From: an uncultured Candidatus Saccharibacteria bacterium
Lineage (GTDB): Bacteria > Patescibacteriota > WWE3 > CAZQFB01
Reading direction: 5' to 3'
DNA length: 64,000 nucleotides
Assembly (NCBI GenBank): GCA_964592525.1
Contig: CAZQFB010000003.1
Location: 19,043-83,042, forward strand
Part shown: positions 27,170 through 36,835 of the stretch, one piece after another
How positions within the stretch are numbered: position 1 is the stretch's first letter
Layout of the letters: each line of letters starts with the position of its first letter
Position numbers and translations under genes: made by a program
The notes under the pieces: model-generated
What the model was told of the DNA's origin: nothing
Database searches by the model: none
Seen by the model: only the letters and a program-made list of their open reading frames with translations

Positions 27170-27792
27170 ATGAGTCATAAATATTTAGCGATTACGGGTA
27201 CCATGGGAGCCGGAAAGACTACTGTTGGCTTGTTGTTGGCAAGTCATTTCAAGATACCATTTTTTGAAGAGCGCTTTTTAAATAATCCCTTTTTAGAGCT
27301 TTTCTATCAAGATATGAATAGGTGGTCCTTTCACTCGCAACTATTCTTTTTAAAAGAAAAAGGTAAACAATTATCAATCTTAAGAGACCAGTTAGCTAAA
27401 ACCCATGTTTTGGTAGATGCGCCTTTAGAACAAACTATGTTTTGCTACAGTAGCGCTCAACATAAGTTGGGTTACCTGAATAAACAAGAATGGTTATTAT
27501 TAAGGGAATATTACGATTTGTTAGCTAAATATTTACCCAAACCAGATGTGATTATTTACATTGACACACCCCTTGAAATTATTTTGGAGCGCATTAATTC
27601 AGAGCGCGATCCTTTGAGCAAGCTGTTAGCCACGAATATTTGACTTTGTTACATCAGTTAACTGGTGACTGGTTAGCTAAATGTGGGATTCCTCTGATTA
27701 GATTAGATAATGCTACTTTAAGTATTAATGATGAGCAAGAACAGGTGGCATTAGTAGAAAAGATTAAAAGCCAGCTTCCCTTTAGCATTTAG
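27170..27792 (+). pseudogene. Deoxynucleoside kinase, frameshifted near 27599
   Basis: P-loop GTMGAGKTT and WSFHSQLFFL; the -1 frame continues RARSFEQ...EYL to TAG at 27792. Confidence 0.8.
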
Positions 27793-27819
27793 AGGTAAAA
27801 TGTTAAAATAGCGTTACTT

Positions 27820-27893
27820 TGCCGGATGGTGTAAAGGTAGCACGTCGGGTTTTGGTCCCGAAAATTGAGGTTCGAATCCTTGTCCGGCAGCCA
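27820..27893 (+). tRNA. tRNA-Gln(TTG)
   Basis: TCGGG-TTTTGGT-CCCGA; CCA encoded. Confidence 0.94.
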
Positions 27894-28188
27894 AGTTTGA
27901 CGAGAGGCATAATTAGCTATCTTGTCAAAGGGTTTTACCCAGTCAAATTGGGCTTTATCACCCTTTAGCTCAATGTTCTGAAGTGTCATTTTCAAAAGTT
28001 GCCTTTTTTCGTGGGCTTCAGAACTTTCAAACAATTTCTGTGCATTGGAAGCTAGCTTTAGCACATAGTCAGCGGTTATGTAATACTCCTCATCCGCAAG
28101 GCGCAGTCTTGAAGTTTTAGTCTCAAGTTCCACCTGTTTAGCCCTATACTCTTTTCGTTTTTTCTCATACTCGCTCTCAGTAATACGC
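27894..28188 (-). pseudogene. Large serine recombinase C-terminal fragment
   Basis: RITESEYEKKR...EKRQLLK...QNIEL...KPFD...WLP reading into the antisense tRNA; no catalytic N-terminus. Confidence 0.7.
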
Positions 28189-28242
28189 CAAACTCAACCT
28201 CCTTACTTTTTATCAAATTTAACATTGAGTTATAATTTGGAA

Positions 28243-29154
28243 ATGAACTGGTTTTTAATAGCTCTCATCCCACCAGCTTTGTGGGCAGCCACTAATCACA
28301 TAGATAAGTACCTAGTAAGCAAATACTTTAAAGGGGCTGGAGTTGGAGCTTTGATGGTATTTTCCTCTTTAATCGGAGTGTTCCTATTGCCGATTATTGC
28401 CTTTCTGCATCCAGAGGTAATATCGTTTTCACATACGAGCATTCTGATAGCCTTAAATGGATTCCTTTACATCCTTGCCGTTCTGCCTTACTTTTACGCC
28501 CTTCAAAAGGATGAGACATCAATTTGTGTACCTCTTTTCCAGCTCATACCCGTTTTTACCTATGTCTTAGCATTTTTTGTTCTGGGTGAAACGCTTACTA
28601 ACAACCAACTGCTTGGCGGGTTGTTAGTTGTAACTGGAGCTATTGGAATATCACTTGATTTGACCAACATAAAGAAGATTAAGTTCAAAAAAGAGGTCTT
28701 TGGGTTAATGATGTTGTCGTCTCTGATTTTTGCCCTTAACTTTCTATTCTTTAAGTATTTTGCTATTCAGTCTAGTTTCTGGTTTACCAGCTTCTGGGAA
28801 TACGTGGGATTTGCAGTTTTTGCCTTTCTTCTTATGATTTTTGTTAAGTCATACAGAAAACAGTTCGTAACGGTAATGAAAACTAATCGGGTGTTCGTAT
28901 TGAGCCTTAATGGGCTAAATGAGATTGCGAATATAATTGCAAAGCTAGCTTTTAACTTCGCTTCACTTCTAACTCCGATAACAGTAACTTGGATTGTTGA
29001 TGGGTTTCAGCCATTTTTTGTTTTTACCTACGGTGTGTTTCTCACTCTTCTCTTCCCCAGAGTGGTAAAAGAAGACATTGGGCGAAAATCCTTATCTCAG
29101 AAAATATTGGCAATTTTGGTAATGTTTATCGGCACTTACTTCTTAAACGCCTAA
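28243..29154 (+). CDS. EamA/DMT family transporter
   Basis: About 10 TM; NHIDKYL, PLFQLIPVF, LGETL motifs. Confidence 0.88.
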   Translation: MNWFLIALIPPALWAATNHIDKYLVSKYFKGAGVGALMVFSSLIGVFLLPIIAFLHPEVISFSHTSILIALNGFLYILAVLPYFYALQKDETSICVPLFQLIPVFTYVLAFFVLGETLTNNQLLGGLLVVTGAIGISLDLTNIKKIKFKKEVFGLMMLSSLIFALNFLFFKYFAIQSSFWFTSFWEYVGFAVFAFLLMIFVKSYRKQFVTVMKTNRVFVLSLNGLNEIANIIAKLAFNFASLLTPITVTWIVDGFQPFFVFTYGVFLTLLFPRVVKEDIGRKSLSQKILAILVMFIGTYFLNA

Positions 29155-29400
29155 ATTACAATACTGCTCATTAAGATTAAACGTGGAAGAAAAGATTTTT
29201 AGGTCGCTCAAACTTACGCCAAACTCTAGTTTTTTGTTGCAGAATAAGTCCTTTAGGGGCAGCCAGAAAGAATTGGAAAGCCGCGAAGAGGTGGCGCTTG
29301 CCGCGCCCGCCTCCGCGGCAAGCGCGTCAAATCCGCCTTTTTTGAAACTTGCGGACAGCCGCCGATTCAATAATAAGAAGTTCGAGCCGACAGTTTCGGA
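29143..29400 (-). pseudogene. Second serine recombinase C-terminal relic joined to an attP-type tail
   Basis: VGSNFLLLNRRL...WLP-LKDLFCN; locally high GC. Confidence 0.55.
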
Positions 29401-29459
29401 GGCGCGGCGGGTGGGGGTGCCGCGCCGGAGCAAGCTCATGATCCTTGTCCATCAGCAAC

Positions 29460-29492
29460 AAATCGAAAAGGGCTAGTAGCCCTTTTCGATTT
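29460..29492. terminator. Perfect hairpin
   Basis: AAATCGAAAAGGGCTA / TAGCCCTTTTCGATTT. Confidence 0.6.
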
Positions 29493-29510
29493 GGAGTATA
29501 ATCATTTCAA

Positions 29511-30020
29511 ATGGTTAAAGAAAAGAAGATATGGATATTAATTCTGGTTTTGTACACTTCAAACTTAGCCTTTAGTATTTTATACCCAACCTTCAAATCG
29601 TATCTATATTCAAAAGACACAGCGCCCATTTCTGTTCCTTCTATAAACCTGAACATAGATGGCTCGTCGAGCTCTTCGACGGAGTTAGTCCCACCCGAAC
29701 CCGCACCTTTTTTTCTGAAAGAGCTTTTGACTGACTTCACATTGAGTTACTTCCTGATGGTGTTTCCTGCGCAGTTATTGGGGTTTTGGTTGCTGACTCC
29801 CATTGTATGGCTTGGTTCTGGTTCCGCTTTTCTTCACCTTCTTCTTCAACCACCTATTTTGATTGCTAATATTTTGTGGCTTGGGGCCGTGGTGTTTGTT
29901 TTTCTGTTGCTTAAATATTCCAAGGGAATCCCAGTTTGGCGCCGTTTGCTGTATTGTTACTTGATTGCCACACAAATAGCGGCCTTTGGAGCAATCAACT
30001 GGGCACCTATTGGCAGCTGA
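29511..30020 (+). CDS. Hypothetical membrane protein
   Basis: 169-aa ORF with several hydrophobic helices; TATAAT 8 nt before ATG. Confidence 0.65.
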   Translation: MVKEKKIWILILVLYTSNLAFSILYPTFKSYLYSKDTAPISVPSINLNIDGSSSSSTELVPPEPAPFFLKELLTDFTLSYFLMVFPAQLLGFWLLTPIVWLGSGSAFLHLLLQPPILIANILWLGAVVFVFLLLKYSKGIPVWRRLLYCYLIATQIAAFGAINWAPIGS

Positions 30021-30324
30021 CATAACCTTCGCTAATTTACCTAAGTACGTTTCACACCTAGGTAAAGGCACGATAACTCACTCCAGAAAGGCTCCCTCTA
30101 ATTGAAGATCTTTTTTCACCTACAAACTAAAGGCATTCGAAAGAATACTATATACGCCTTTAAGTTGGGGTATAGTTTTAATTAATATATATTTGGATAT
30201 GCAAAATAGCTGTAGCAGCATCAACAGTCTGAAGATGAGCCGGAAAATAATGTTATTTGCAGCGTTTTTATTAATAGTTAGAATATAAAGATCTTCAAAT
30301 AATTCTCTTTGATACAATAGTAAA

Positions 30325-30801
30325 ATGCAACCTACCAGACAAACTCGTGCAGTATGCATCATGCTTAATGATAATAAGGTTCTCTTAATGCATCGCCTAA
30401 AAGACGGTGATGAATATTTCACTTTTCCTGGTGGTGGGGTGGAAGAAGGAGAATCAATAGAAGAAGCAGTTGTTAGGGAAGTCATGGAAGAAACCTCAAT
30501 GCCCACAAATATTGAGCGGTTGTTGTACGCTCACCATTATGAAAGCAGTGATCAATATTACTATCTATGCTCTTATATTAGTGGAGAGCCGGTGCTTGGG
30601 AACGCAATTGAGAAAGAAAGGATGGAGAAAGCATCCAGTGATATATATGGTCCAGAATGGGTAGATACAAAATTAATACCGAATTTGCTTCTATACCCGC
30701 TTGAAATTAGAGATTGGCTTATTGAAGATTTGAAAAACGGTTTCAAAAATGAGGTTAGAAGTTTAGATATAAAAACTTCTGAGCTTCGCCAAAAGATCTA
30801 A
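30325..30801 (+). CDS. NUDIX hydrolase
   Basis: Nudix box GGGVEEGESIEEAVVREVMEETS. Confidence 0.92.
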   Translation: MQPTRQTRAVCIMLNDNKVLLMHRLKDGDEYFTFPGGGVEEGESIEEAVVREVMEETSMPTNIERLLYAHHYESSDQYYYLCSYISGEPVLGNAIEKERMEKASSDIYGPEWVDTKLIPNLLLYPLEIRDWLIEDLKNGFKNEVRSLDIKTSELRQKI

Positions 30802-30840
30802 AAAATAATTAACTTCTCTCTGTTCAACAACACTAGAACA

Positions 30841-32091
30841 TCAACCAAACATCAAGACTTCTGGTTTGTAGATGAGTAACAAACCAATAATTACCATGAC
30901 CAGACCGCCAATTAAATGTGAATAGCGACTGTATTTAGTGCTGAAACCAGTCATTTCTAGAGTAAGCATGGCGGAAAAAAAGACCAGTAAATCATCCAGC
31001 ATGAATATAACGATATACATAAGCATATAGGCGTAATACTGCCAAGGTGATAAGTTATTGATCGCTAGTATTTGCGTAAATATGACCGGTAACCCAGCAG
31101 AGCAGATTAACTCAACCAGATTAACCGCAAAGGCTAACAAAATAATACCAACTAAAGCTAGCCACAACTGCTGTTGTTGCGTGATGGCTCGTAACCGAGC
31201 AAAGATGGCTTGCCTTTTGGCTCCTCCCGTCACCTTACAACCACTTTCTTTGCTGCAACTAAATTCTTTAAGGTTATACAGACCCCCGCCCAAAGCTACC
31301 AAACCAATGCCAATTTGGATTTTAGATAACTCCTTAGCAAACATGAGCAAATTCAACCAAGATGCCATAAAGACAAAATAAACCAACGACGATGCGATAA
31401 TAAAAGCTGTTCCCAGAAACCAGCGCCTTTTTTTGTCCGATAAACCAAGGAGTAAGCTAATTAAGAATAAGAGTACCCACATGGCACATGGATTAAAGCC
31501 ATCTAGACCAGCTAGGACGATAGTGATTAAAGGTAGAGATAAATCTTTTAAGTTAACCTTGCCAAGCACAGGCACATTAATTTCTTGAGTAATATCAGAT
31601 ACCAAGGATTGTTGTTCCACAGGTGTTGGGGTTTCCTTGTCTACACAATCACAAGGCTCTGTGTTGGGCATGGGGTCTGTGGTTGGTGGTGAAATTATTT
31701 CCTGCACGACGTCTTGGCAGCCATCATTCAAGAGGCACGTTACCGCTTTCTCTATAGAAGCACCGGTGGTGGCTTCATTAAGCCAACCAATAAAATATTC
31801 CTCACCCACCACAGTAAAAGGAACACCTTGCACATCAGCGTTTAGTTTGTCACTTACTTTGAGCCATAACTCAAAGTTAGCCTCATTATCCCAAACCTCA
31901 TACTCATAAACATTAACCTGGGGGTTATTTCTGGCTAAGTTGTCTAAATATCTTTTTTCCAAAGCACAATGAGGGCAACCATGCCCCCAAAAGAAATAAA
32001 TATTAGCTTGTGGTTCTTGCGCATTAGCCGGTAACGCCATAAGCGCTAATAAATACAACCCCAAGCTTAATGAGCTTAATTTCTTGATCAT
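30841..32091 (-). CDS. Thioredoxin-domain plus DsbD/CcdA-like membrane protein
   Basis: CPHC, GVP, DGFNPCAMW, ELICSAG motifs. Confidence 0.85.
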   Translation of the reverse strand: MIKKLSSLSLGLYLLALMALPANAQEPQANIYFFWGHGCPHCALEKRYLDNLARNNPQVNVYEYEVWDNEANFELWLKVSDKLNADVQGVPFTVVGEEYFIGWLNEATTGASIEKAVTCLLNDGCQDVVQEIISPPTTDPMPNTEPCDCVDKETPTPVEQQSLVSDITQEINVPVLGKVNLKDLSLPLITIVLAGLDGFNPCAMWVLLFLISLLLGLSDKKRRWFLGTAFIIASSLVYFVFMASWLNLLMFAKELSKIQIGIGLVALGGGLYNLKEFSCSKESGCKVTGGAKRQAIFARLRAITQQQQLWLALVGIILLAFAVNLVELICSAGLPVIFTQILAINNLSPWQYYAYMLMYIVIFMLDDLLVFFSAMLTLEMTGFSTKYSRYSHLIGGLVMVIIGLLLIYKPEVLMFG

Positions 32092-32094
32092 AGT

Positions 32095-32364
32095 TTATTT
32101 ATCTTTATGTTCCTGAATTAACCTGACTAGCTCTGCCTTGTCCACCTCACCATGTAAACGTAACAACTCATTACCATTTTGGTCTAAAAAGATAAAGGTA
32201 GGTAATTTATCGGTAATGTTGTACTTTTCCACCATTTCTTTGTTCTCATCATAATCATACATTTCCGTTTCCAGCCAAGGATATTCTTTTTCAATTTCCG
32301 CCCAGCGTGGTTTCATAATCAAACACCCATTACACCACACCGCACCAAATTTTAGTACTTTCAT
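32095..32364 (-). CDS. Thioredoxin family protein
   Basis: WCNGC and LPTFIF motifs. Confidence 0.9.
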   Translation of the reverse strand: MKVLKFGAVWCNGCLIMKPRWAEIEKEYPWLETEMYDYDENKEMVEKYNITDKLPTFIFLDQNGNELLRLHGEVDKAELVRLIQEHKDK

Positions 32365-32538
32365 AACATTTCACCACCCCCTTATATAGATTATATTCTA
32401 GAAGCAATGGTTTTAGCAGTTTTATCATAAACCACTCAAATTATTGTAACTTATCTTGAGTATTTTTGGCTAAACTAGATTAGCTAGCGGAGAGAAATAG
32501 GGGTGTATAGTGTATACTAATGACATGAGGAGGTTTAT

Positions 32539-33198
32539 ATGAAAAAACCAATCATTCTTTTAATCATTGTCATTACCGTTATACTGTTGGTGTTATTTAT
32601 CCGCCAAAGATCAACTGACAAATCACTCACGCAAGAAGCTAAGGAAGCCACCAAAAACATGCTTGACGAAGGAAGTAACCAAGCAGAAATATTTAAAGGT
32701 AGCTTAGAACAATTAGTAGCCAGGGGCTTACCTATGCAATGTACTTTTACTACTTCAGACAAAGCCGGGGATACGGAAGGTAAAATTTATGTGTCTGGTC
32801 AGCGGTTGCGCGGAGATTTTACCTTAACTAATACCGAAGTTGGGGATATGGACAGCTTTATTATTAAAGATGGAGATACTTATTATACTTGGAACTCAAT
32901 GACACCAGGTCAAGGTACAAAATTTACCATCACCCCAGATATGGAAGAGGCAGAGCAAAACGAAGCGATGCAGGTCTTACCGCAAGAAACTGATGTAGAG
33001 TATTCTTGTTTGCCTTGGGTAGTAAAAAGTAGTCTTTTTGAACCGCCCCAAGAGATAAGTTTTACCGATGCGACAAAGCAATTGGAAGAAGTACAGGAAA
33101 AAACACAACAACAATTGGATGTGTTATGTGAAAATTGTAATCAATTACCACCAGGTGAAGCCCAAGACCAATGTAAAGCAACTTTAGGTTGCCAATAA
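32539..33198 (+). CDS. Membrane-anchored hypothetical protein
   Basis: N-terminal TM; Cys-rich C-terminus; SD AGGAGG. Confidence 0.75.
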   Translation: MKKPIILLIIVITVILLVLFIRQRSTDKSLTQEAKEATKNMLDEGSNQAEIFKGSLEQLVARGLPMQCTFTTSDKAGDTEGKIYVSGQRLRGDFTLTNTEVGDMDSFIIKDGDTYYTWNSMTPGQGTKFTITPDMEEAEQNEAMQVLPQETDVEYSCLPWVVKSSLFEPPQEISFTDATKQLEEVQEKTQQQLDVLCENCNQLPPGEAQDQCKATLGCQ

Positions 33199-33209
33199 AG
33201 ATATAAATA

Positions 33210-34070
33210 GTGGCTAAAGATAAATATTCAGCTTTGTGGGTATCTCATTCCTCCATTAACACCTTCCGGCACTGTCCCAGAGCGTATTATTTAGCCAATG
33301 TTTATAAAGATCCCGCCACCCATCATAAAATAAGAGTCATTAATCCTCCTTTAGCGATGGGTCAGGTGGTACATGAGGTGTTGGAACAAATTAGTGTGCT
33401 ACCTGCTAAAGAAAGGTTTCAGCAATCTTTAGTATTAAGGTTAGATGCGGTCTGGTCTAAGATTACTGGTAAAAGGGGTGGCTTTTTGTCTGTGGATATT
33501 GAACATACCTACAAAGCAAGAGCGCAAGCAATGCTCAAAACACTTATGGACAACCCCGGAGTGTTAATTGAACCTGCCGTGAAGATTAAAGGAGACCTAC
33601 CTTACTTCTGGCTCTCCGATCAGGACAATATTATTCTTTGCGGTAAAATTGATTGGCTACAATATTTACCTAAGACAACTGCTGTTCATATCATTGATTT
33701 TAAAACTGGTAAGAGAGAAAAAGACGAAGAATCCTATCAATTACCTATTTACCAACTGTTGGTGAGTAATATCCAAACCCGCCCAATCCATGGATCTAGT
33801 TATTGGTATTTAGATTTAGGTGGGGAAATTGTGGACTGTAAACTACCAACGCTGGAAAAGTCTTACCAACAAATTATGGAGATCGCCAAAAAAATAAAGT
33901 TACACCGTCAATTAAATAAGTATCAGTGCCCACATCAGGGCTGTAATCATTGTTTACCCTTGGAACGGGTTATAAAAGGTGAGGGGGAGTTGGTTGGTGT
34001 TGATGAGTATAATAATGACTTGTACTGTCTACTAGATCGAGAAACAGAGCAAACAACTATTGTTCATTGA
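33210..34070 (+). CDS. PD-(D/E)XK nuclease (Cas4/AddB-like)
   Basis: SHSS, CPR, G..VHEVLE, GKID, IIDFKTG, YQL, CPHQGCNHC. Confidence 0.88.
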   Translation: MAKDKYSALWVSHSSINTFRHCPRAYYLANVYKDPATHHKIRVINPPLAMGQVVHEVLEQISVLPAKERFQQSLVLRLDAVWSKITGKRGGFLSVDIEHTYKARAQAMLKTLMDNPGVLIEPAVKIKGDLPYFWLSDQDNIILCGKIDWLQYLPKTTAVHIIDFKTGKREKDEESYQLPIYQLLVSNIQTRPIHGSSYWYLDLGGEIVDCKLPTLEKSYQQIMEIAKKIKLHRQLNKYQCPHQGCNHCLPLERVIKGEGELVGVDEYNNDLYCLLDRETEQTTIVH

Positions 34071-34071
34071 T

Positions 34072-34134
34072 AACACAAAAGGGCACTCCCAAAAGGAAGT
34101 GCCCATTTGTGTTGGCGACGTTAATTCGTCAACA
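34072..34134 (-). ncRNA. Candidate two-hairpin small RNA
   Basis: TTGACA-17-TAAAGT at 34168-34140; short hairpin then terminator GGGCACTTCC/GGGAGTGCCC plus TTTT; no ORF. Confidence 0.45.
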
Positions 34135-34202
34135 AAGCTACTTTACCAAACAATTAAATTTTTGTCAACACCTTTGCTTTAATTATTTTAAACAGAGATA
34201 AT

Positions 34203-35471
34203 ATGACTATCATGGCATCTGCCCTTCCCACTGTACCAGAAATAGTCGCTTCCATTAGAACTAGCAAAAAAGAAAAACGGTTGCCTTTAATTTTAGCGCA
34301 GGCACCTCATCTGCAAGGTCAAGTGCTTGGTGCGCTGCCAAACAGAATTAGAAAACCAATCATTAACACTTTACAGATTAAAGAATTACTGATCATACTA
34401 AATCATTTAGACCCAACCCAAGCGACTGATCTACTGCAAACCTTGCCAGTGAGCAAGGCAAAGAAAGTAACCCAAAAGTTAGCTTATGAAACCCGTCAAA
34501 AAGTTGAATTTCTGTTGAAATTTGCTCCTGATACAGCTGCGGGTTTAATGAATCTTGATTATGTGTTATTACCCAAGGAAATAAAATTCAGCCAAGCTGC
34601 CGAGCTAGCTCTAGAACATGAAAAAAGAGCTGGTACCTTTCCTAACATTTTAATTGAAGATAATGGGCAACTAGTTGGTGAAGTACCGCTGCAGGAGTTA
34701 TTACGTCAACCGAGTCATAAAAAGGTTACTGATTCTATAAAACCGATTCCTTCCATAAGTTATTTAGCAGACTGGCGAAGCGTCACCCATAAATTCCAGC
34801 AACATCCTCATCAGGAATTGGTGGTGCTAGATGACGATGGTAGTGTTTTGGGTTTAATTCACACTGACGATATCTTAGCGCTGCTTAACCAAGAACGAGG
34901 GCATTCACTATATAGCTTTGCCGGAGTTAAAAGTGAGGAAGATATCTTGGATTCAGGCTTAAACAAGGTCCATTTTCGCTATCGCTGGCTAATTCTCAAC
35001 CTGTTAACTGCTTTTATGGCTGCTTGGGTTGTAGCTATTTTTGAGGGTACCCTTGAACGACTTGTGTTGTTGGCTGCTTATATGCCAGTGGTGGCTGGCA
35101 TGGGGGGCAATACCGGCACACAAGCCATGGCAGTTACCGTCCGAGGTTTGGTGTATCACCAGCCTTCCTTATCATTGGCAAAAAAAGTAATCAGTCAGGA
35201 AATCGTTTCGGGGATAGTTAATGGCTTTGTTATTGGTGTAATTGTGACGCTTGTGGCTTATTTGGTCCAGTCTAATTTATTACTTGGTTTGGTTGCTGGC
35301 GTGTCCTTAATTATCACTATGGTAGTAGCCAGTATGGTCGGTTCCCTGATACCCATTTTAATGAAGGCATTAGGTAAAGACCCCGCAAGCTCGGCTTCTA
35401 TATTTATCACTACCGCTACTGATATGGTTGGTTTTTTTGTCTTTTTAGGCTTGGCTTCGTTAATCCTCTAA
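34203..35471 (+). CDS. mgtE: Magnesium transporter MgtE
   Basis: TAAGLM, CBS pair, R..WL..NL, GMGGNTGTQA, DPA...ITTATD. Confidence 0.9.
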   Translation: MTIMASALPTVPEIVASIRTSKKEKRLPLILAQAPHLQGQVLGALPNRIRKPIINTLQIKELLIILNHLDPTQATDLLQTLPVSKAKKVTQKLAYETRQKVEFLLKFAPDTAAGLMNLDYVLLPKEIKFSQAAELALEHEKRAGTFPNILIEDNGQLVGEVPLQELLRQPSHKKVTDSIKPIPSISYLADWRSVTHKFQQHPHQELVVLDDDGSVLGLIHTDDILALLNQERGHSLYSFAGVKSEEDILDSGLNKVHFRYRWLILNLLTAFMAAWVVAIFEGTLERLVLLAAYMPVVAGMGGNTGTQAMAVTVRGLVYHQPSLSLAKKVISQEIVSGIVNGFVIGVIVTLVAYLVQSNLLLGLVAGVSLIITMVVASMVGSLIPILMKALGKDPASSASIFITTATDMVGFFVFLGLASLIL

Positions 35472-35475
35472 TTAA

Positions 35476-36282
35476 ATGAATAAGTACTTTTGGGTATTTG
35501 TAGCAGTAGGGCTAGTTAGTATTGTCTGGCTTGTACAACACCGTGTTGCTATCTTTAGTTCAGATAATTTGCCCAATATCATTGCAGAAAAACCCTTGCT
35601 GCCTAAAAAGATACCCATCTTGCTCTATCATTATGTGGAGATAGTAGCGGATGCTAATGATACTACTCGGCAAAGTCTCAATATTCCTCCCCGTGTTTTT
35701 GAGCAGCAAATAATTGACCTTAAGCAAGCTGGTTATACCTTTATTACTCCCCAACAACTTAGAGCGGCTTTAGATGATGATAGTGACACTAAGTATATTA
35801 TCCTCTCTTTTGATGATGGCTACCGGACTTTTTATGAACAAACTTACCCCATTATTAAAAGGCAAAATATACCGGTAGTCGTTTATGTGTTAGCGGGATT
35901 ACTAAACCAGCCAAACTATATGTACTCATGGCAAGTGCAAGATTTAGCCACTGATAAGCTAATTGAAATTGGCTTTCACGGCTACACCCACCAGACAATC
36001 ACCTCCTTAAGCGAAACCGAATTAAACTCTCATTTTATTTTGGGACTACAGATTTTAGAAAATATAACCGGTAATAAAGCAGTCTCATACGCTTATCCTT
36101 ACGGCATATACGAGGAGAGGTGCTTTACCCAGCTTAATGAATTAGGGTTAACTTCGGCGGTAACGACAAAGCCAGGTAACCTGATTAGTTATCCTAATCG
36201 CTATCAATTACCGCGTCTTAGACCAGGTCAGACTACCGGAGTAGCGTTGATTAATTTAATTACTGCTAACTATGAGTTTTAG
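35476..36282 (+). CDS. Polysaccharide deacetylase (NodB/IcaB-like)
   Basis: PILLYHYV, SFDDGY, HGYTH, AYPYG motifs. Confidence 0.9.
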   Translation: MNKYFWVFVAVGLVSIVWLVQHRVAIFSSDNLPNIIAEKPLLPKKIPILLYHYVEIVADANDTTRQSLNIPPRVFEQQIIDLKQAGYTFITPQQLRAALDDDSDTKYIILSFDDGYRTFYEQTYPIIKRQNIPVVVYVLAGLLNQPNYMYSWQVQDLATDKLIEIGFHGYTHQTITSLSETELNSHFILGLQILENITGNKAVSYAYPYGIYEERCFTQLNELGLTSAVTTKPGNLISYPNRYQLPRLRPGQTTGVALINLITANYEF

Positions 36283-36405
36283 TTTAGCTAACTATGCTTA
36301 TAAATAAGGCTCTTTTAGACACCCATTCCCTATAGTATTGCTAATGGCTTAGAAATTGAGTAAAATTAAAATTAGCTAGTCTTTTCTAACAGAAAGGCGG
36401 AGGAG

Positions 36406-36822
36406 ATGGATCTCATCGACCAAGCGCAAGAGTGGGCGGAGCGGCAGAGGCAGTGGTGGCTTGAGGAAATGCAGCAACAACAACCAGAACGTCGGTTGGT
36501 AGTTGATCCACCCACGGGAAGAAATCTAGGAGTGGTATGCCGAGGAGATCTAGTAAGTCTCCTGGATGAGGGTGGTAATTTGTTAGAAGTACTATTGGTG
36601 AAGGTTAAAGGAATCCCTCCTGGTGAAGGAATACCTGAAGGTGTGGTGTGCGCTATACCGGGCAGTGGGTTGTATCAGGCGCTGCATCAGCGCCCCGCAC
36701 CCCAAGAGGGAGAGGAGATTGTTGTCAGAGTTGAAACAGGGGATGGGGAGATTTCGTTAACCCGCTATGTGGTTTGCGAGTATTGCCCACGCTGGTACGA
36801 AAGGCGTCGATTGACTACGTAG
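36406..36822 (+). CDS. Gre-factor C-terminal-domain protein with short DxxDxA N-terminal helix; mini-cassette H
   Basis: TTGCTA-17-TAAAAT; SD GGAGG; by-eye similarity to the GreA/GreB CTD; hairpin 36836-36867. Confidence 0.65.
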   Translation: MDLIDQAQEWAERQRQWWLEEMQQQQPERRLVVDPPTGRNLGVVCRGDLVSLLDEGGNLLEVLLVKVKGIPPGEGIPEGVVCAIPGSGLYQALHQRPAPQEGEEIVVRVETGDGEISLTRYVVCEYCPRWYERRRLTT

Positions 36823-36835
36823 GCTTGTGGCAGAT

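Larger units (their letters stand above)
27886..29265. mobile_element. Degenerate integrative island at tRNA-Gln
   Basis: GGCAGCCA core at 27886-93 and 29258-65; recombinase C-terminal relic adjacent to the tRNA. Confidence 0.65.

Noticed and set aside
27789-28133. 114-aa ORF as an intact gene
   Set aside because: It is a recombinase C-terminal relic reading through the antisense tRNA-Gln
29183-29476. Plus-strand 97-aa ORF
   Set aside because: Antisense shadow of the GC-rich recombinase relic
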